A DNA stretch of 64,000 nucleotides from Octopus sinensis (taxonomy: Eukaryota). The position numbers were made by a program, and so were the translations under genes. Every line of letters starts with the position of its first letter. Position 1 is the first letter of the stretch. Shown in pieces: positions 13,765 to 25,915 of the stretch. The stretch covers positions 49,662,001 to 49,726,000 of the forward strand of contig NC_043003.1 of assembly GCF_006345805.1 (NCBI RefSeq), given 5' to 3'. The notes below the pieces were generated by a model. It did not search any database. It was not told where the DNA came from and worked only from the letters and a program-made list of their open reading frames with translations.

Positions 13765-14215
13765 TAAAATTTTGGCACAAGGCCAGCAGTTTTGAGGGTA
13801 GGGTCAAGTTGATAACATTGATTTGAGTACTTGACAGGTATTTATAGGTTATTGGCCCCAAAAAGATGAAAGGCAAAGTTGATCTTGGTGGGATTTGAAC
13901 TCAGGATGTAAAGAGCTAGAAGAAACGGTGCTAAGCATTTTGTCTGATGCAACAACTATTCTGTCAGTTTCTTGTCTTAACGAAAACAACAACAATATTG
14001 ATTTCAAATTTTGGCACAAGGCCAGCAGTTTTGATATCATCAACCCCAATGCTTGTCATGTACTTATTTCATTGATCCCAAAAGGATGAAAAGCAAAGCT
14101 GACCTCAGCAGAATTTGAACTCAAAATGTAATGAACTGGGAGGAATGGTGCATAGCATTTGCTCTGACACAGTAACAATTCTGCCTGCTTGACACCTTAA
14201 TAATAATGATTGCTG

Positions 14216-14277
<62 letters not shown>

Positions 14278-14494
14278 CCTTTCTACTATAGCGCAGGGCC
14301 TGAAATTTGGTGGGAGGGGACTAGTTGATTACATTAACCCTTGTGCATAACTAGTACTTATTTTGTCAACCCTGAAAGGATGAAAGGCAAAGTCAACCTT
14401 GGTGGAATTTGAACTTGGAACATGAAGACGGATGAAATACTGCTAAGTATTTCATCCAGCATGCTAACAATTTGGCTAGCTTGCTACTGTAATG

Positions 14495-14529
<35 letters not shown>

Positions 14530-14600
14530 CCTTTCTACAATAGGTGCATGCCTGAAATTTTGGGAGAGAGACACAGTGCTCAACTTATGTTATTGACCTC
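13765..14600 (-). mobile_element. Head-to-tail train of four tRNA-derived SINEs with (TAT)n/(TGT)n tails
   Basis: Repeated module GCACAAGGCC...AAAGGATGAAAGGCAAAGT.GACCT.GG.GGAATTTGAACTC, separated by (AAC)n/(AAT)n runs. Confidence 0.75.
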
Positions 14601-14862
14601 AAAAAGATGAACCACAAGGTTAACCTGTCAAGGTCAGCTTTGCCATTCATTCTTTCAGAGTCGATAAAATAAATACCAGTCAAGTACTATGGTTGTTGTA
14701 ATCAACTCTGCTCATCTCCCCAATCATAAATTTCCATAATAATAATAATAATAATGATGATGATGATGATAAATCTAGGCTCAAGGCCAGGGAATTTGTG
14801 TAGAGGGGAAGAGTAGGTATACATACCTTATTAGTATTTCCTCTTATCTCCTATATACTCAG

Positions 14863-14915
14863 GGAATGCATTAAAGCCCTTTTCGGGGCTAATTTATTTA
14901 AATTCTTACTATCAG
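14863..14915 (+). CDS. Candidate upstream exon of the SLC35F6-like gene
   Basis: Acceptor TTTCCTCTTATCTCCTATATACTCAG and donor CAG|GTAACT. Open frame NALKPFSGLIYLNSYYQ ends in phase 0, compatible with the exon at 17975. Homology to SLC35F6 (FQHPFLQ) is weak. Confidence 0.25.
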
Positions 14916-17000
14916 GTAACTAATTTCATGTTATTACATAACTGACTTCACAATTTGTGTATTCATAACTGATCGGGGATTCCTAAAAATAAGATCCTGT
15001 GTATTTTCTGTAAATGCACAGAAACCATTTTAAGGGCTTCATACTTTGTATCGTTGTTATTGGATTAGCGAAACAATTATGAGAATGGAACCAAGAGATA
15101 AGTCCCGCTTTCCTGGTACATCAGCTAGTGCCAAATAAGCAGCTCTTAAATGACTGGTAAAAACGTCTCAAACCCAAGGAACTCACTCTTGTACATTACC
15201 GTTAATTATAACAAGCCAATCAGAGAACCTTTACATGGGCATTTGCTCAGCTTGATACAGCAGTTAAATCACCTTCAACTTATATGCTACAATCTTGAAA
15301 AAGGGTGAACATATGGGTTACTGTAGTCCTACATATGCAATGTCCAAGTTAAGGATGGGATGATCCTAGCTGGAACATCTTTAACAACAGCAACAATTGA
15401 TAATTATCAAATCTCTGAGAGTGAAATGTAAACTCAATCCCATTAAATGTTTTGAATTTGTTTGGTACCGTATTGTTTCTGCTAACAGAATGCTTTTACC
15501 TTTAGATCTTTCACCTTAAACAATTTAAAGCAAGTAAAGTATTGATTTTTAACCAGCCTCCAAGGATCAAACATAATGTTTCTGATTAAAAGCACATTAC
15601 TTGTGATGTAAGGAACCTTTGAGGGCGATCTTTGATGGGCTGAATTTAAAATATTTAATTATTCACTCACAAAACCCTGTTGTATTAAATTTGTTTTTTT
15701 TTCTTCTTTATATTTAAAAGTAAAATGTTTTTTTATATTTTTACTTTCCCTTACATGCAAACTTTGATAGTTTTACAAATTTATACATTTGCTGATTATT
15801 TTCTTTTTACTGGGGGATCAACTTGACATGTTTAATCATTCAAATCACATTTGTTAAGCCCCAGGTAGACTCTAATTTAGCAGATTTACTCTCCAAGTTT
15901 TATCCATCCATATCTCTTCTTGTATTCTAAATGTCCTTCTTCCTTTTGCTTAACACAACAAAATCTGATTTGAAAAAGATTTGGCTGTTGTTTCCAGTAA
16001 TTTTAGTGACCATGTAGAAGTTCTACCATTGGTTCAATAGCTGTTATGTTCTTGGTAACAGAAAAGGGATACCAAATTAAGTACAACTTGGTATCTTGCT
16101 ACCAAAAAAAATTCATCTATCTGTACCTTTGGCAAGGCTTGAACTCATTCGCGATTGTCATCAAATGCCATTATATTGCTCTGATAAAATAGATGTACAG
16201 TAAATTGAATGAAATATCTATTCACTAAAACTCTGCATCGGTGATATCACAGTAAATTATCGTTCCATACATCCACATACATCCTCATCCCCCCCACACT
16301 AGATAACCATTTCCTTCATATTACTATAATAATACTACAGCACCTACTTCCACTCCCATCTCACCCAACAATTCTCTGATTCCCTTCCTTCAGCCACCAC
16401 CAGCAGCCTAGAAAACCACTTTGAAATTTGACAGCAAAAAAAAAAATCAAAAAAAAAAAACAGAAAAAAAAGACAAAAATGTCCTATTGAGAAATCATTA
16501 AAAGAGGAAAATATTTTACAAGTAATTAAAGAAAACAAACAAGACGTACGGAAAGGTAGAAAGGACAGAAGGAAAGAAAGGAGGAAAAAATGCAAGGAAA
16601 GAAGGGAGGAAGAGAGAAAAATATGTCTGGAAGAAAGCTAGTCATTATAAATAATTGGTTACAAAACTACTTGTAGGGAAAATATAATGAATAGGTTTGG
16701 TGTAGATTTGAGCAGCCCTTAGATTTGCTTGTTTTCTTTGTCTTTCTTTCTTGTCTTTTCATGTTTATTCATGAATCCTTATGTGTTTATTCAAACTATA
16801 TATATATATGGGTATATATGCATACAAACACACATATTTATGTATGTGTATCAATGTATATATTATATACATGTATGTGTATGTATATATATATAAGTAT
16901 GTGGATGCATGTGTGTATACACATTCATGAATATAACACAAATATGCATAGATATGAATACATAGCTATGTACAAGTGCATGTGTGTATGTGTATCTTTA

Positions 17001-17032
<32 letters not shown>

Positions 17033-17050
17033 CCTCTCTCTTTATATTTG

Positions 17051-17085
<35 letters not shown>

Positions 17086-17464
17086 ACATGTATGTATGTG
17101 GTCTTGTTTATTAAGAGTTGCAACAATTCTTTTTTTCTCTGCTATACACATGTCACATGCTTCATTTCCTATTTGGTAGGCTTTGGATCTTTCCAGGATT
17201 TTAAATTTAATGCTATAGTTTTGAAACCTTTGCTCCTAATTTCCACAAGTAGTTTGCCAATTTTGTAGTGTTTTTTTTTTTGTTTTATTCTCTGGGTTTA
17301 AAGGAGTTAAAATAATTAAAACTCTTAGTTTCAATTTTCAATCTGGGTGACATTTATTCTACTTGGATTGCATAAACTATCTTCTATCACATTCAATCAC
17401 ATAATTGACTTATTTGAAACCTATGACCAGCTGTATCATTGTTCAGTAAAATGCATTATATAAG

Positions 17465-17872
17465 GTGTAGGAGTGGCTGTGTGGTAAGTAGCTTGCTTAC
17501 AAACCACATGGTTTCAGGTTCAGTCCCACTGCGTAGCACCTTGGGAAAGTGTCTTCTACTATAACCTCGGCCGACCAAAGCCTTGTGAGTGGATTTGGTA
17601 GATGGAAACTGAAAGAAGCCCATTGTATATATGTATATATATGTATATGTATGCATGTGTGTATATGTTTGTGTGTTTGTGTTTGTCCTCCCAACATCAC
17701 TTGACAACCGATGCTGGTGTGTTTACGTCCCCGTAACTCAGCGGTTCAGCAAAAGAGCCCGATAAAATAAGCACTAGGCTTACAAAGAATAAATCCTGGG
17801 GTCAATTTGCTCGACTAAAGGTGATGCTCCAGCATGGCCACAGTCAAATGACTGAAACAAGTAAAAGAGTAA
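17465..17872 (+). mobile_element. Full-length CORE-type SINE
   Basis: Head, CCTTGGGAAAGTGTC, internal TA/TG microsatellite and GTAAAAGAGTAAA tail. Confidence 0.85.
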
Positions 17873-17974
17873 ACATTAAACTGAAAAGTATTTAAATCTT
17901 GCTGCTATATAAATAATTATTTTCGTTTCAACCTTTCTCTTATTCTTATTCTTTGCACATCTCTTTTTGTTTAG

Positions 17975-18194
17975 GTTACCTGTATGTTCATTGGAGAATT
18001 CTGTTGCCTTTTTGTCTACTATCTGGTGAGATGGGCCAGATACTCAGATGCACCAATTGATCGCGATGGCGGGAAATTCAATCCGTTGATCTTTTTTCCA
18101 GCAGCACTTCTTGATTTAATACAGATGGTTCTGTTCTTCTTGGGAATCAGTTTAGTATTATTCATTCAGATTACACCTTTTCAACTGATGAAAG
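17975..18194 (+). CDS. SLC35F6: Internal coding exon of a divergent SLC35F6-like (nucleotide-sugar transporter family) gene
   Basis: Strong acceptor (long pyrimidine tract...TTTAG) and donor AAAG|GTAAGC. Translation VTCMFIGEFCCLFVYYLVRW...KFNPLIFFPAALLDL...PFQLMKG aligns to remembered SLC35F6 AVGMFLGEFSCL...FNPLLFLPPALCDM...SFQMLRG. Phase 0 start, phase 1 end. Confidence 0.8.
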
Positions 18195-18359
18195 GTAAGC
18201 CACGTTTGTGCTTGCATTTATTTATTTATTTAATGAAGTAATTTAATTATCTCATCATTTATTTTGTGTCTTTTACTAATGGTTCCTGTGGAGCATTTTA
18301 ACCTTTCAGGATTTAGATTACTCTCTCAAATGTGTTAATCTTTCTGTTATAATGACAAG

Positions 18360-18655
18360 GACCCCTGTTAATCCGATCAATAGAACAGCCTGCTCGTGAA
18401 ATTAACATGCAAGGGACTGAGCACTCTACAAACACGTGTACTCTTAATGTAGTTCTCAGGGAGATTCAGCGTGACACAGAGTGTGACAAGCCCGACCATT
18501 TGAAATACTGGTACTGCTCATTTTTTGCCAGATGAGTGGACTGGAGCAACATGAAATAAAGTGTCTTGCTCAAGAACACAATGCATCACTGGGAATTGAA
18601 TTCACGACCTTAAGATCATAAGCTGAATACCCTACCCACTAAACCACATGCCTTC
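18360..18655 (-). mobile_element. tRNA-derived SINE
   Basis: Reverse complement begins GAAGGCATGTGGTTTAGTGG...GTGAATTCAATTCCC; the body is shared with 30670-30935. Confidence 0.55.
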
Positions 18656-19239
18656 ACCTGTCAAACGTAATGTTTATTTATTCACATTGTTTTCAATTAA
18701 GCATGCATTATTCTGTAATTTTGAAATGTCAGTGATGTCTGTTTATCTTTAGAATGACATTGTAGGGTAGGTGTGACTTGCCAGATCTGGCTAATTCGAG
18801 CATCAAACAAGTAGAGTATATATGCTAGATGTAGCTGATTTAAATAGTAAAGCATTAAGCTTGTAGTTTTTCTCAATAAACCAGTTTCATTCAGGAAAAA
18901 TATCACAGAAAATGTATCTGTTTTTACATGTTTGTCCATTCTGGGTACTTTCATATTCAACTTCAAATGCTTACTGACCATAGAAGCATTCTGTCTTCTA
19001 CATCATTTGAAGAGAGATATAGTTTTCCAAATAGAGCCTTCTGTATTGGAAGACTTACAACAATGTAAGTTCATGCATATTTCTTAAAATATTATGTATC
19101 AGAGGTTAGCTAATTCTATCTCTTCTTTCACTCAATAGACTTCTCTTTGTTGCAGCCGAAATAATTCACAATTCGTATGAATTATTTAGAATGTTTAAGG
19201 GAAAATACCTTTCTAATACCAACTGTGATGTAGCCAGAA

Positions 19240-19545
19240 CGTGTATGTGCATGTATAAATGTATGTGTGAGTATGTATATGTGCATGTGCAAGTCTGTAT
19301 GTGTGTTTGTGTGTGTGTATGTGAGTGTGTGTGAGTGTGTGTGCGTGTGAGTGTGTGTATGTGCATCTGTGTGTGTATTTGTATGAGCGAGTATGTGCAT
19401 GTGTGCATTTGTGCATATGAGCGAGTATGTGCATATGTGTGTGTGTGTGCATGTATGAATCTTTGTGTGTGTATGTGAGTATGTGTGTGTGTGAGTGTCT
19501 GTGCATGTGAGTGTGTGTATGTATGTGTGTGTGTGTGTGAGTGCA
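19240..19545. repeat. Degenerate (GT)n microsatellite
   Basis: Directly visible. Confidence 0.9.
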
Positions 19546-20007
19546 TAATTCAGAGAGGTACAAAATCAATTTTGTTGCAAGTTTTTGATAAAATCTAATT
19601 TTTTTCCCACCTGTAGAGAGACTGGGAACTTCAGAGATTGAAATAATGCCATGTACTAAATTTACAATATGTTCTTATACACACCCAGACATGGAATGGC
19701 ACTTGTGGGATTCAGTCTGAGAGAACAACTTTTTCTAAAATACTTTGTATGTTAAAAATATAACATTCTTCAAGTGGTGCCAAACAGACTTTCAGGCATC
19801 AGTAATTTGGTGTGATATTGTTATCTCAGAAACAGATGCCACCTGGCCCATTTGAAGTTAGGAACTTCTGTTCTATATAAAAAATCTGTATGTTGAAACA
19901 CCAGTGTCTAGTAGTCTGCTGACATCATTTGGAGCATGTATTTTTAACTCATACAGTCTATTAGATGATGCTTTCCAAGCGAGTGCCTTTCCATGCTTGT
20001 GTGTATA

Positions 20008-21279
20008 AAGGTGTTGGACAAAATAATGGAAGCACCTTAAAATTTCAAACCAATTTATTTTAATATGGGGTAGGATTGCTTTTGGCAGTAATTACAGCTT
20101 GAATTCTAGGAGGTATGGACTCGTACAAAGTTTGAATTGTTTCCAAAAGAATTTTTGTCCATTCTTCAGCTAAAACAGTCTTTAGTTCTTGTAGTGATGA
20201 TAGTGGAGGATACTGACTCCTTACTTGTTTTTCTAAAATGCACCATAAATGTTCAATAATATTGAGATCTGGGGACTTTGGTGGCCAGGTAAGATGTTCA
20301 ACTTCACTAGAATGTTCCCCGTGCCATTCAGTAACAACTTTAGCTGTGTGAATTGGAGCATTATCATCCTGAAACATTACATTTCATCCAGAAACAGTTT
20401 CGCAACCATAGGATGTATTTGATCAGATAAAATGCTTAAATAGTCTTGACTGTTAATTCTGCCATGAAAGGAAACCAATGGGCTGGTGGATTTCCAAGAT
20501 ATAGCCCCCACCCAGATCATCACAGATCCTCCTTCATGTTTAACAGTTGGAAGAAGGCAGTCTGGTCAAATGCTTCCTTTGGCTATTTCCACACATATAC
20601 TTGGCCAGTGGTTGGAAATAAGGTAAATAATGACTCGTCCAAGAAAATAGCATTCTGCCATTGCTCTAGAGAATAATTCTGTAGGTTTTTACTCCACTCT
20701 AAATGCTTTGCAACTTTTGTCTTTGAAAGTAGTGGTTTTCTACTTGCAGCCCCCACCCCGTGAAATCCGGCTTTGTCAGGCTCCCAGCGAACAGTTTTTG
20801 TGGAAACTGGGTTCTCAAGGTGGTCATTAAGCTCTGCCGTAATTTTGGGAGCTTTTGTGATCCTTTCTAACAATTCACATGAGAGTCCGATGGTCCCTAT
20901 CTGAAAATTTTGGTTTTCTTCTGAAATTTTGTTTCAACAAGGAGGTTTTTCCCTCTTTCTCAAAGGCTGTCATTACTTTCGAGTCAGTACTTCTTGATAC
21001 ACCAAACATTTTGGCTGTTTTCCGTATGCTAGTGCCTGCCATACGAACACCAACAATTTGACCTCTTTGAAAGTCTGATAGATCTGTCATTTTAATGAAT
21101 TTTAATTACCTTTTTCTGATGATATCTTAAAAGAAACAGCAATTTCAACAAAATATATTAAGCAACACTAATAATAAATCAAAAAATATAAAAATAAACA
21201 AGATTTTGACAGTTTTATAGATATTTCAAAATTATGATGTTATGATGCTTGGTGTTTCCATTATTTTGTCGAACACCTG
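20008..21279 (-). mobile_element. Near full-length Tc1-family element with DD36E spacing (Incomer-like); transposase disrupted
   Basis: 29-bp TIRs at 20008-20036 and 21251-21279 (26/29 match, left one preceded by TA). ORF pieces: MTDLSDFQRGQIVG..., FLDESLFTLF, FQDDNAPIH...WPPKSPDLNIIEHLW, with 36 residues between D and E. Confidence 0.9.
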
Positions 21280-21924
21280 AATGAAAATATATGAATGTGT
21301 TATAAATGATGCATGCATCATTATTTTAATTGTCAAAGACTGAATTTGCATGTTTATAAATCTGATCATTAAAAACATATTCTGCTGGGATTTGACCAGC
21401 AAACTGGCAGATTTTCTGTCTTTGGACAGATAAAATGTTGCAGAAGTTCCAAAACTTGATTACTTCACACAGCTTTATCATAACTTTAAGCTTTTATCAT
21501 AACTGTATAAATTGAAAGAAATGGTGAGAACCATTAACACTCTTGATACCTATAAGCATTAAAAAAAAGCACCTTTGGTTCTGTGACATAACACACCTCT
21601 TAAATTATAACGTGTCTTGAATGGCACAACAATACAGAGTGGATTATAATAACTGTTATAATTTAATTACCCATAACCTGATATAATAGATATATCTCAG
21701 AATGCAAAAATTCCTTCTTCAGACATTGCTAGGAATTGATCAAGTCACTGCTATAATTGATTTTCCAATGCTTACTGAAATTGTTTTTCCTGGAAGCATC
21801 TCTGCAGTGGTCTTGTGAAGGTCCTTCTGGAATTCCTCATGTGAAGTGCATGAGGGCAGCCATATCTCAAACTTGTGTGTGTTGGCACATCCGCAGCGCT
21901 GCTTATAAGTTATGTATCTTTTTT

Positions 21925-22245
21925 TTTTTTTACTTGTTTCAGTCATTTGACAGTGGCCATGCTGGAGCACCTCGACCCCAGGACTTATTCTTTGTAAGCC
22001 TAGTACTTATTCTATCAGTCGCTTTTGCCGAACCGCTAAGTTACGGTGACGTAAAAACACCAGCATCGGTAGTCAAGCGATGTTGGGGGGGGGAGAGAGA
22101 CAAACATATATATACACACACATACACACACACACACACACACACAAATATATATATATATATATATATGATGGGCTTCTTTCAGTTTCCGTCTACCAAA
22201 TCCACTCGCAAGGCTTTGGTCGAGTCGAGGCTATAGTAGAAGGCA
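21925..22245 (-). mobile_element. CORE-type SINE (5'-truncated)
   Basis: Reverse complement of the same family as 17465-17872. Confidence 0.75.
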
Positions 22246-22955
22246 CTTGCCTATTATATGTGGAGTTTCTTCTTTTTTTTTTCCTTTTTTTTATATAATA
22301 CATGAGCATATTATCTTAAATGAACCTACACACAGTTGTGCCATTCAAGAGATGTTATATTTTACAAACATTACACAATGCTTCAAGCAAACTACAAAAC
22401 TCTCATATCTTTTAAATTGGTGTTTCTAGCATCCATCTGATTCAAATGTCAAAAAGGAATTTTTACACCACTGGTCAGTCAAAATTCACTGTTGCCTGTT
22501 GCCCAGAAGGCAAAACTAGTTGAAGTTGAGATATACAAAGAACCTGGATTGTCTAGGTGCCAGAATTCCTCTTTTTGCCCCACTGTAATAGTCCAAGAGA
22601 GTGAAGAGGAATGTGTTTGGCATGAAGAGTTGCCAGAATTTTGTTGAGTTAAACACTGGATAATGCTAAGAGCCCTCTATTTTGGATTTATTTATAAAGT
22701 TTATTCCCTAAGCATTGTCCTCCAAGGTAATGATATTATTTTGAAGAAAATCAATGATCTGGGATAGGGTTCCATATTAGCTACTATTGACCAGAGCCAG
22801 CTAAACCCAAGATTCATATCAAGCAAGGTCATTATGTCCTGAAGAAAAGACTGAAGACCTTACCCACTATGCTAGCAATTTATGCACACACACACACACA
22901 CTGACACACACACATACATACATACATACATACATACATACATACATACATACAT

Positions 22956-23138
22956 GCATACAAGTTTATACCTGTAATTATTGGGGCACTGGGATATGTA
23001 ACACACTGCTTAAGTACCAACCTTGAGAAATTAGGCTTCTCAAAACCATGAAGGAGAAAGCTAATTCGATGACTACAGATCCAATCCATCACTGGAACTG
23101 TAAAAATCTGTAAAACTTTCCAGAAGTTTATCATTTAA
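22956..23138 (+). pseudogene. 3' end of an RLE-type non-LTR retrotransposon ORF (R4/Dong-like)
   Basis: Single frame YKFIPVIIGALGYVTHCLSTNLEKLGFSKP*RRKLIR*LQIQSITGTVKICKTFQKFII*. P(I/V)xxGALG followed by LQ...GT..I is the RLE C-terminal signature. Confidence 0.7.
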
Positions 23139-24184
23139 GTATATATGAACATGTCTAGATATACAAGAATATGCAAGAGAATACACACATAAAACAAATC
23201 ATACAAATCTGCACATATACATACATACATGGTGGCTGCCCTCTCGTTATCGAGTATGGCCATTGCACGAAGCTTAATCAATGTTGTTATCGTGAAATGC
23301 CTGTGCAAGAAGATTTTTTTTAAAGTGAGGAAAGCCTGTGCACTGAGTCAATCCCACTCACTAAGCAACAGCAGCCATAATCCGAAAAGAAGAACAAGTC
23401 AACATCATCGGTAACCACTGAGCCGCAGGTTTTATGTTGGAGTTATCCCAGTTACCTGAGTTACCTTCTCCTAGAAGGATGCCCTAACAAAGGCTAGGGG
23501 TCCTTCACTCCCAATGGTTTAACCGCGCGATAGAGTATTCAGTCCGATTATTTCTATGTCCCCGCGCATGATACAGCCTTAAGGCATTTATTGGATAGCC
23601 ATTGACTCTCAAGAGTTCCTTTGCCCTTTGATGGGTTTTGTTTTTCATCCCGCAGGGTGTCCAATAAACACCCTCCTCACCAAATAAGCTTGGTGGGGCT
23701 GCTGGTTTAGTCGCTGATGACCCGACCATGCAACAGGTTGTACTGGGTTACATGTTACCAGTAGCACTCGAAAGTGACCTGACACACACACACATACATA
23801 CAAAAATACTCTATTGGTGTTGTTGAAATTCCACTGAATGAGCCTTGAATCTAGGTTAGAAACTGACACTTTTTCTATTGGCAAAAAATCTTGAAATAAA
23901 ACTGAATAATGACATAAAAACATACAAAGAATTTGAATAACACCTGGGTTCAACTCCATTATTTTCTTATACTATACAATTACTGCACATTAACCCGGAG
24001 TTTCTACCTTTGAATAGGTCGCTACATCCTTGTTATTTGCATGAATTTTGCTACCCTGGTAACTGTTTATTGAATTTTCCATGTTAACTGTAAACAAAGG
24101 ATAATTCATTCATCCATTTACACACACACACATATATATATATATTTTTACACACACACACACACATACATGTATGTATATATA

Positions 24185-24346
24185 TTGGCACATAAAAGCA
24201 CCCACTACACTCTTGGTTGGCCTTAGGAAGGGCATCCAGCTGTAGAAACTCTGCCAGATCAGATTGGAGCCTGGTGCAGCCATCTGGTTCGCCAGTCCTC
24301 AGTCAAATCGTCCAACCCATGCTAGCATGGAAAGCAGATGTTAAGC

Positions 24347-24405
<59 letters not shown>
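24185..24405 (+). mobile_element. RTE LINE 3' UTR fragment with long (GAT)n tail
   Basis: AGGAAGGGCATCCAGCTGTAGAAACTC...GCATGGAAAGC...(GAT)n. Confidence 0.75.
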
Positions 24406-24406
<1 letters not shown>

Positions 24407-25699
24407 ATAAATAATTATTTAATAACCACTGATTATATCATCTCAGTTCTTTAATCCAAAGTAGCTGTGAACACTTTCCATACATCCTTGATGGAAGAAT
24501 AAAAATCCTAGTTAAGTGTAATTTGAGTTTTTAATTCCTAATGGTTTCAGAACCACAGCCAAAGATATAAAGAAAGAGCGGATAGGGAATTAGACTGAAG
24601 TAATTATTTTTGCTGATGATATTAATGTAGGTAATGAAAAGTTTATGCCGTAATGTGTAAAGGTATCTATTAACTTTGTTAATTAAACTGAATATTGAAA
24701 GAATTTAATTAAAATATTCTACTTCTTTATTATTTCACATTTTCATTGGCAAGATTTTCATATGAGTAATTATTTATTTGGTTAGGTGTTGTCTTTTTTT
24801 ATCTTTTACTGCTATCACTCTACTGTTTAGTAGAAACAAAATGTGGAATTTTTCGTTTAAGCAAAGTGGATCGGTATCATGTACCTTGCTCAGGAGCATA
24901 AAGCAACTGAACTCTTGATCATCTAGATTAGTCATTTAGTATCTTAGCATCTCATAGTTATGGTATATTTTATATTTTTTACTTGTTTCAGTCATTGGAT
25001 TGCAGCCATACTGACACATCATCTTAAAGGGTTTAACTGAACAAATCAACTCAAGTACTTATTTTCTAAGTCTGGTTGGTACTTAGTATATTAGTCTCTT
25101 TTGCTGAACCACTAAGTTATAAGTTATGGGGATGTAAACAAACCAACACTGCTTGTCAAGTGTAGGTTTTTCAAAGCAAACACAAGCTCTAAGCTACACA
25201 GGTATATACATATACATACAGTTGTGACCAAAAGTTTGAAATGTAAGTCTGAAAATTAGAATTTTTTATATTAAATGCCCAATTATTAGGTAAGCATATC
25301 TCTATGCTGAATATATTTGAATCGAATTGTTCTTGGGCATAACGATTTTAATTTAACAAAAAAAATGTTCCAAATTTTTGGCCACAACTGTATAATTATC
25401 ATCCCATCTAACTATCTGTCTGCTGTCTGTCTATATATGAATCGGTTTATTTACATATGAATAGCTTTCACACAGTCTCTGTCTACCAAATTCTCTCACA
25501 AGACATTGGTTGACCTTTCTTTCTGTGTTTTTTTTTTTTGTGGAAGAGTGTAGGCTCTAAACGTTAAAGACCTTTTCACTTCCTGAGTGTTAAACTAATA
25601 CATATGTTTGTTGTCTAACCACCTGTCTTTGTCTTTTGCTTTTTTTGTGAAATCTCCCCCCCCCCCCTATATATATATATATATATATTATATAATAAA

Positions 25700-25915
25700 G
25701 TTAATCCAAACATAAAAACACAAAGAGAAAGCACAACAATGCGAGGATGTGGAACAAGTATAGTATTATCGGATGCTCAGGAAAAAAGGAGGGTTTAACG
25801 TTTTGAGCGGAGCTCTTTGTCAGAAACATAGGAAAAGGAAAGATCCAAAGAAGGGAAGACGGAGGGAAAAAAATCACCAACGGTACACACGCAGTCGTAT
25901 ATATATATATATATA
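25700..25915 (-). mobile_element. Short hammerhead-bearing element (Penelope pseudo-LTR-like) flanked by (TA)n
   Basis: Reverse complement of 38372-38562. Minus-strand motif at 25793-25827: gttt-CTGACAA-a-gagc-tcc-gctc-AAAAC-GTT-aaac. Confidence 0.6.

Noticed and set aside
18909-19064. Phase-compatible open frame with GTAAGT donor as the next SLC35F6 exon (ENVSVFTCLSILG...)
   Set aside because: The acceptor lacks a pyrimidine tract, the junction codon would be Glu instead of the conserved Gly, and similarity beyond VFTCL/IFTGL is absent.
24786-24872. Hydrophobic frame GVVFFYLLLLSLYCL after TTAG as the next SLC35F6 exon
   Set aside because: T-rich DNA gives such residues by chance; the downstream residues and donor do not fit.
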